NCBI RefSeq assembly: GCF_028641065.1 | Contig: NW_026576860.1 | Coordinates: 1-64,000 of the forward strand | DNA length: 64,000 nucleotides | Reading direction: 5' to 3' | DNA from: Leucoraja erinacea | Taxonomy: Eukaryota | Part shown: piece after piece, positions 61,945-64,000 of the stretch | Layout of the letters: each line of letters starts with the position of its first letter | How positions within the stretch are numbered: position 1 is the first letter of the stretch | Position numbers and translations under genes: made by a program | The notes under the pieces: model-generated | The model's input: only the letters and a program-made list of their open reading frames with translations | Told to the model about the DNA's origin: nothing | Database searches by the model: none

Positions 61945-62520
61945 GCTCAGTGAGGGGAAACAGTGAGGAGGGAACAGTGAGGGGAAGACAGTGAGGGGGG
62001 ACAATGAGGGGGTACAGTGAGGAGGGGGCAGTGAGGGGGGGACAGTTGGGGGGTGACAGTGAGGGGGGGCACTGAGGTGTGGGGGGTGGCAGTGAGGTGG
62101 GGGGGACAGTGGGGGGGGAGACAGTAAGGGGGAGACAGTGAGGGGGAGACAGTGAGGGGGGGGGCAGTGAGGGGGGGTGCAGTGAGGGGGGGCAGTGAAG
62201 GGGGGGGACATGGGGGGGCAGTGAGGGGGACAGTGAGGGGGGGAGACAGTGAGGGGGGGCAGTGGGGGGGCAGTAAGGGGGGCGGGCAGTGGGGGGGACA
62301 GTGAGGGGGAGACAGTGAGGGGGAGACAGTAAAGGGGAGACAGTGAGGGGAGGTCAGTGAGGGGGGGACAGTGGGGGGGGGCAGTGAGGGGGACAGTGAG
62401 GGGGGAGACAGTGCGGGAGAGACAGTGAGGGGGACACAGTAAGGGGGGGCAGTGGGGGGGACAGTGGGGGGGAGACAGTGAGGGCGAGACAGTGGGGGGG
62501 GGCAGTGAGGTGGAGGTAGT
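61945..62520. repeat. G-rich ~12-14 bp minisatellite (CAGTGAGGGGGAGA) in the alpha2-alpha3 intron
   Basis: Visible tandem array directly abutting the alpha3 acceptor. Confidence 0.92.
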
Positions 62521-62687
62521 GAGGTGGAGATAAAAGACATCGAGAGTGCAGCGTGGGGGAGACACAGAGGGGGGAGATATATGGGGGTAGACATACGGTG
62601 GGAGACAGACAGACTGGGGGCCGACAGAGGGGAGGACAGTGACAATGTGCTACACGTGAGGATGCTGAGGCAGTTGCTAGGCCACGA

Positions 62688-64000
62688 TATAACCATATAA
62701 CCATATAACAATTACAGCACGGAAACATGCCATCTCGTCCCTTCTAGTCTGTGCCGAACACTTATTCTCCCCTAGTCCCATCTACCTGTACTCAGACCAT
62801 ACCCTCCATTCCTTCTCCGTCCATATACCTATCGAATTAATTTTAAATTATAAAATCGCACCTGCCTCCACCACTTCCACTGGAAGCTCATTCCACCCAG
62901 CTACCACTTTCTGATATCAAAGCGCAGACACCAGCGCGGACAGCAGCTTGTCTGAACGGCAGAAGACAGAGAGTGGCAATATAGGGGGCTGTATCTGGTT
63001 GACTGCCAGTGACCAGTGGAGTTCCGCGGGGCTCGGTGCCGGGGCCGCTATTGTTCACGTTGTATGTTAAACATTTGGACGAGTTGATTGAAGGCTTTAA
63101 CCATATAACCATATAACCATATAACAATTACAGCACGGAAACAGGCCATCTCGGCCCTACAAGTCCGTGCCGCACAACTTGTTTCCCTTAGTCCCACCTG
63201 CCTGCACTCATACCATAACCCTCCATTCCCTTCTCATCCATATGCCTATCCAATTTATTTTTAAATGATACCAACGAACCTGCCGCCACCAATTCCACTG
63301 GAAGCTCATTCCACACCGCAACCACTCTCTGAGTAAAGAAGTTCCCCCTCATATTACCCCTAAACTTCTGTCCCTTAATTCTGAAGTCATGTCCTCTTGT
63401 TTGAATCTTCCCTATTCTCAAAGGGAAAAGCTTGTCCACATAAACTCTGTCTATCCCTCTCATCATTTTAAAGACCTCTATCAAGTCCCCCCTTAACCTT
63501 CGCAGGTAGCGCAGGTAGATGGGACTAGGGGAGATTATGTGTTCGGCACGGACTACAAGGGTCGAGATGGCCTGTTTCTGTGCTGTAATTGTTATATGGT
63601 TATATGGTTATATGGTAATGCTGATCCTCTCTAAGGCGGTGGTCAGGCCGCATTTGGAATATTGTGAGCAATTCTGGATACCATATCTGGGGAAGGATGT
63701 GCTGGCTCTGCAGACGGCCCAGAGGAGGTTTACAACAATGATACCAGGAATGGATGGGTTAACATATGATGAATGTTGACGGCACTGGGCCGGCACTCGC
63801 AAGAGTTTAGAAGACTGAGGGGGAATCGCATTGAAACGTACAGAGTAGTTAAAGGGTCGGATGGAGTGGATGTGGAGAGGATGTTTCCACTAGTGGGAGA
63901 TTCTGGGATTAGAGACCATAGTTCGTTCATTTCGGATGGCGATGTGCCGACATTTCTTCACGGTGGTGAATCGGTGGATACCATTGTCGCAGATGGGAGA
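62688..64000. mobile_element. Cluster of nested CR1 fragments in both orientations
   Basis: (CCATATAA)n tails at ~62690 and ~63100; IEVFKMMRGIDRV... (63188..63484 -); VRPHLEYCEQFW.PY (63519..63779 +). Confidence 0.88.

Noticed and set aside
60916-62728. Long minus-strand ORFs as single-exon proteins
   Set aside because: They are class I exons read through into introns and a minisatellite; only the spliced exons are supported.

Overview
Eukaryotic, repeat-dense genomic DNA from a cartilaginous fish, most likely a skate or ray. This is inferred from the HE1-type SINEs, CR1/Penelope families and a shark-type MHC class I sequence. Host genes: (i) the 3' half of an MHC class I heavy-chain gene on the minus strand (alpha3, TM and two cytoplasmic exons, 60040-61932); (ii) three remnants of two-exon GPR139/142-like rhodopsin-class GPCR paralogues: a lone exon 1 at 19916-19985 (-), a frameshifted gene at 32109-34766 (+), and a TM5-TM7 fragment at 50171-50561 (+). 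Architecture: an inverted duplication with ~10.7 kb arms (20386-31049 / 34776-45491) encloses the middle GPCR, and a 5-kb tandem duplication with an internal deletion lies at 3.3-9.4 kb. Mobile elements: three copies of a ~6-kb non-autonomous Helitron (one with both termini), a DIRS element with intact ITR/ICR structure, a full-length Gypsy LTR element, two unclassified TIR elements, many Tx1/L1/L2/Rex1/CR1/SINE fragments, and Penelope-type ends with minimal hammerhead ribozyme motifs. Most long GC-rich ORFs in the track are minisatellite artefacts. All alignments and identity estimates were made by eye.
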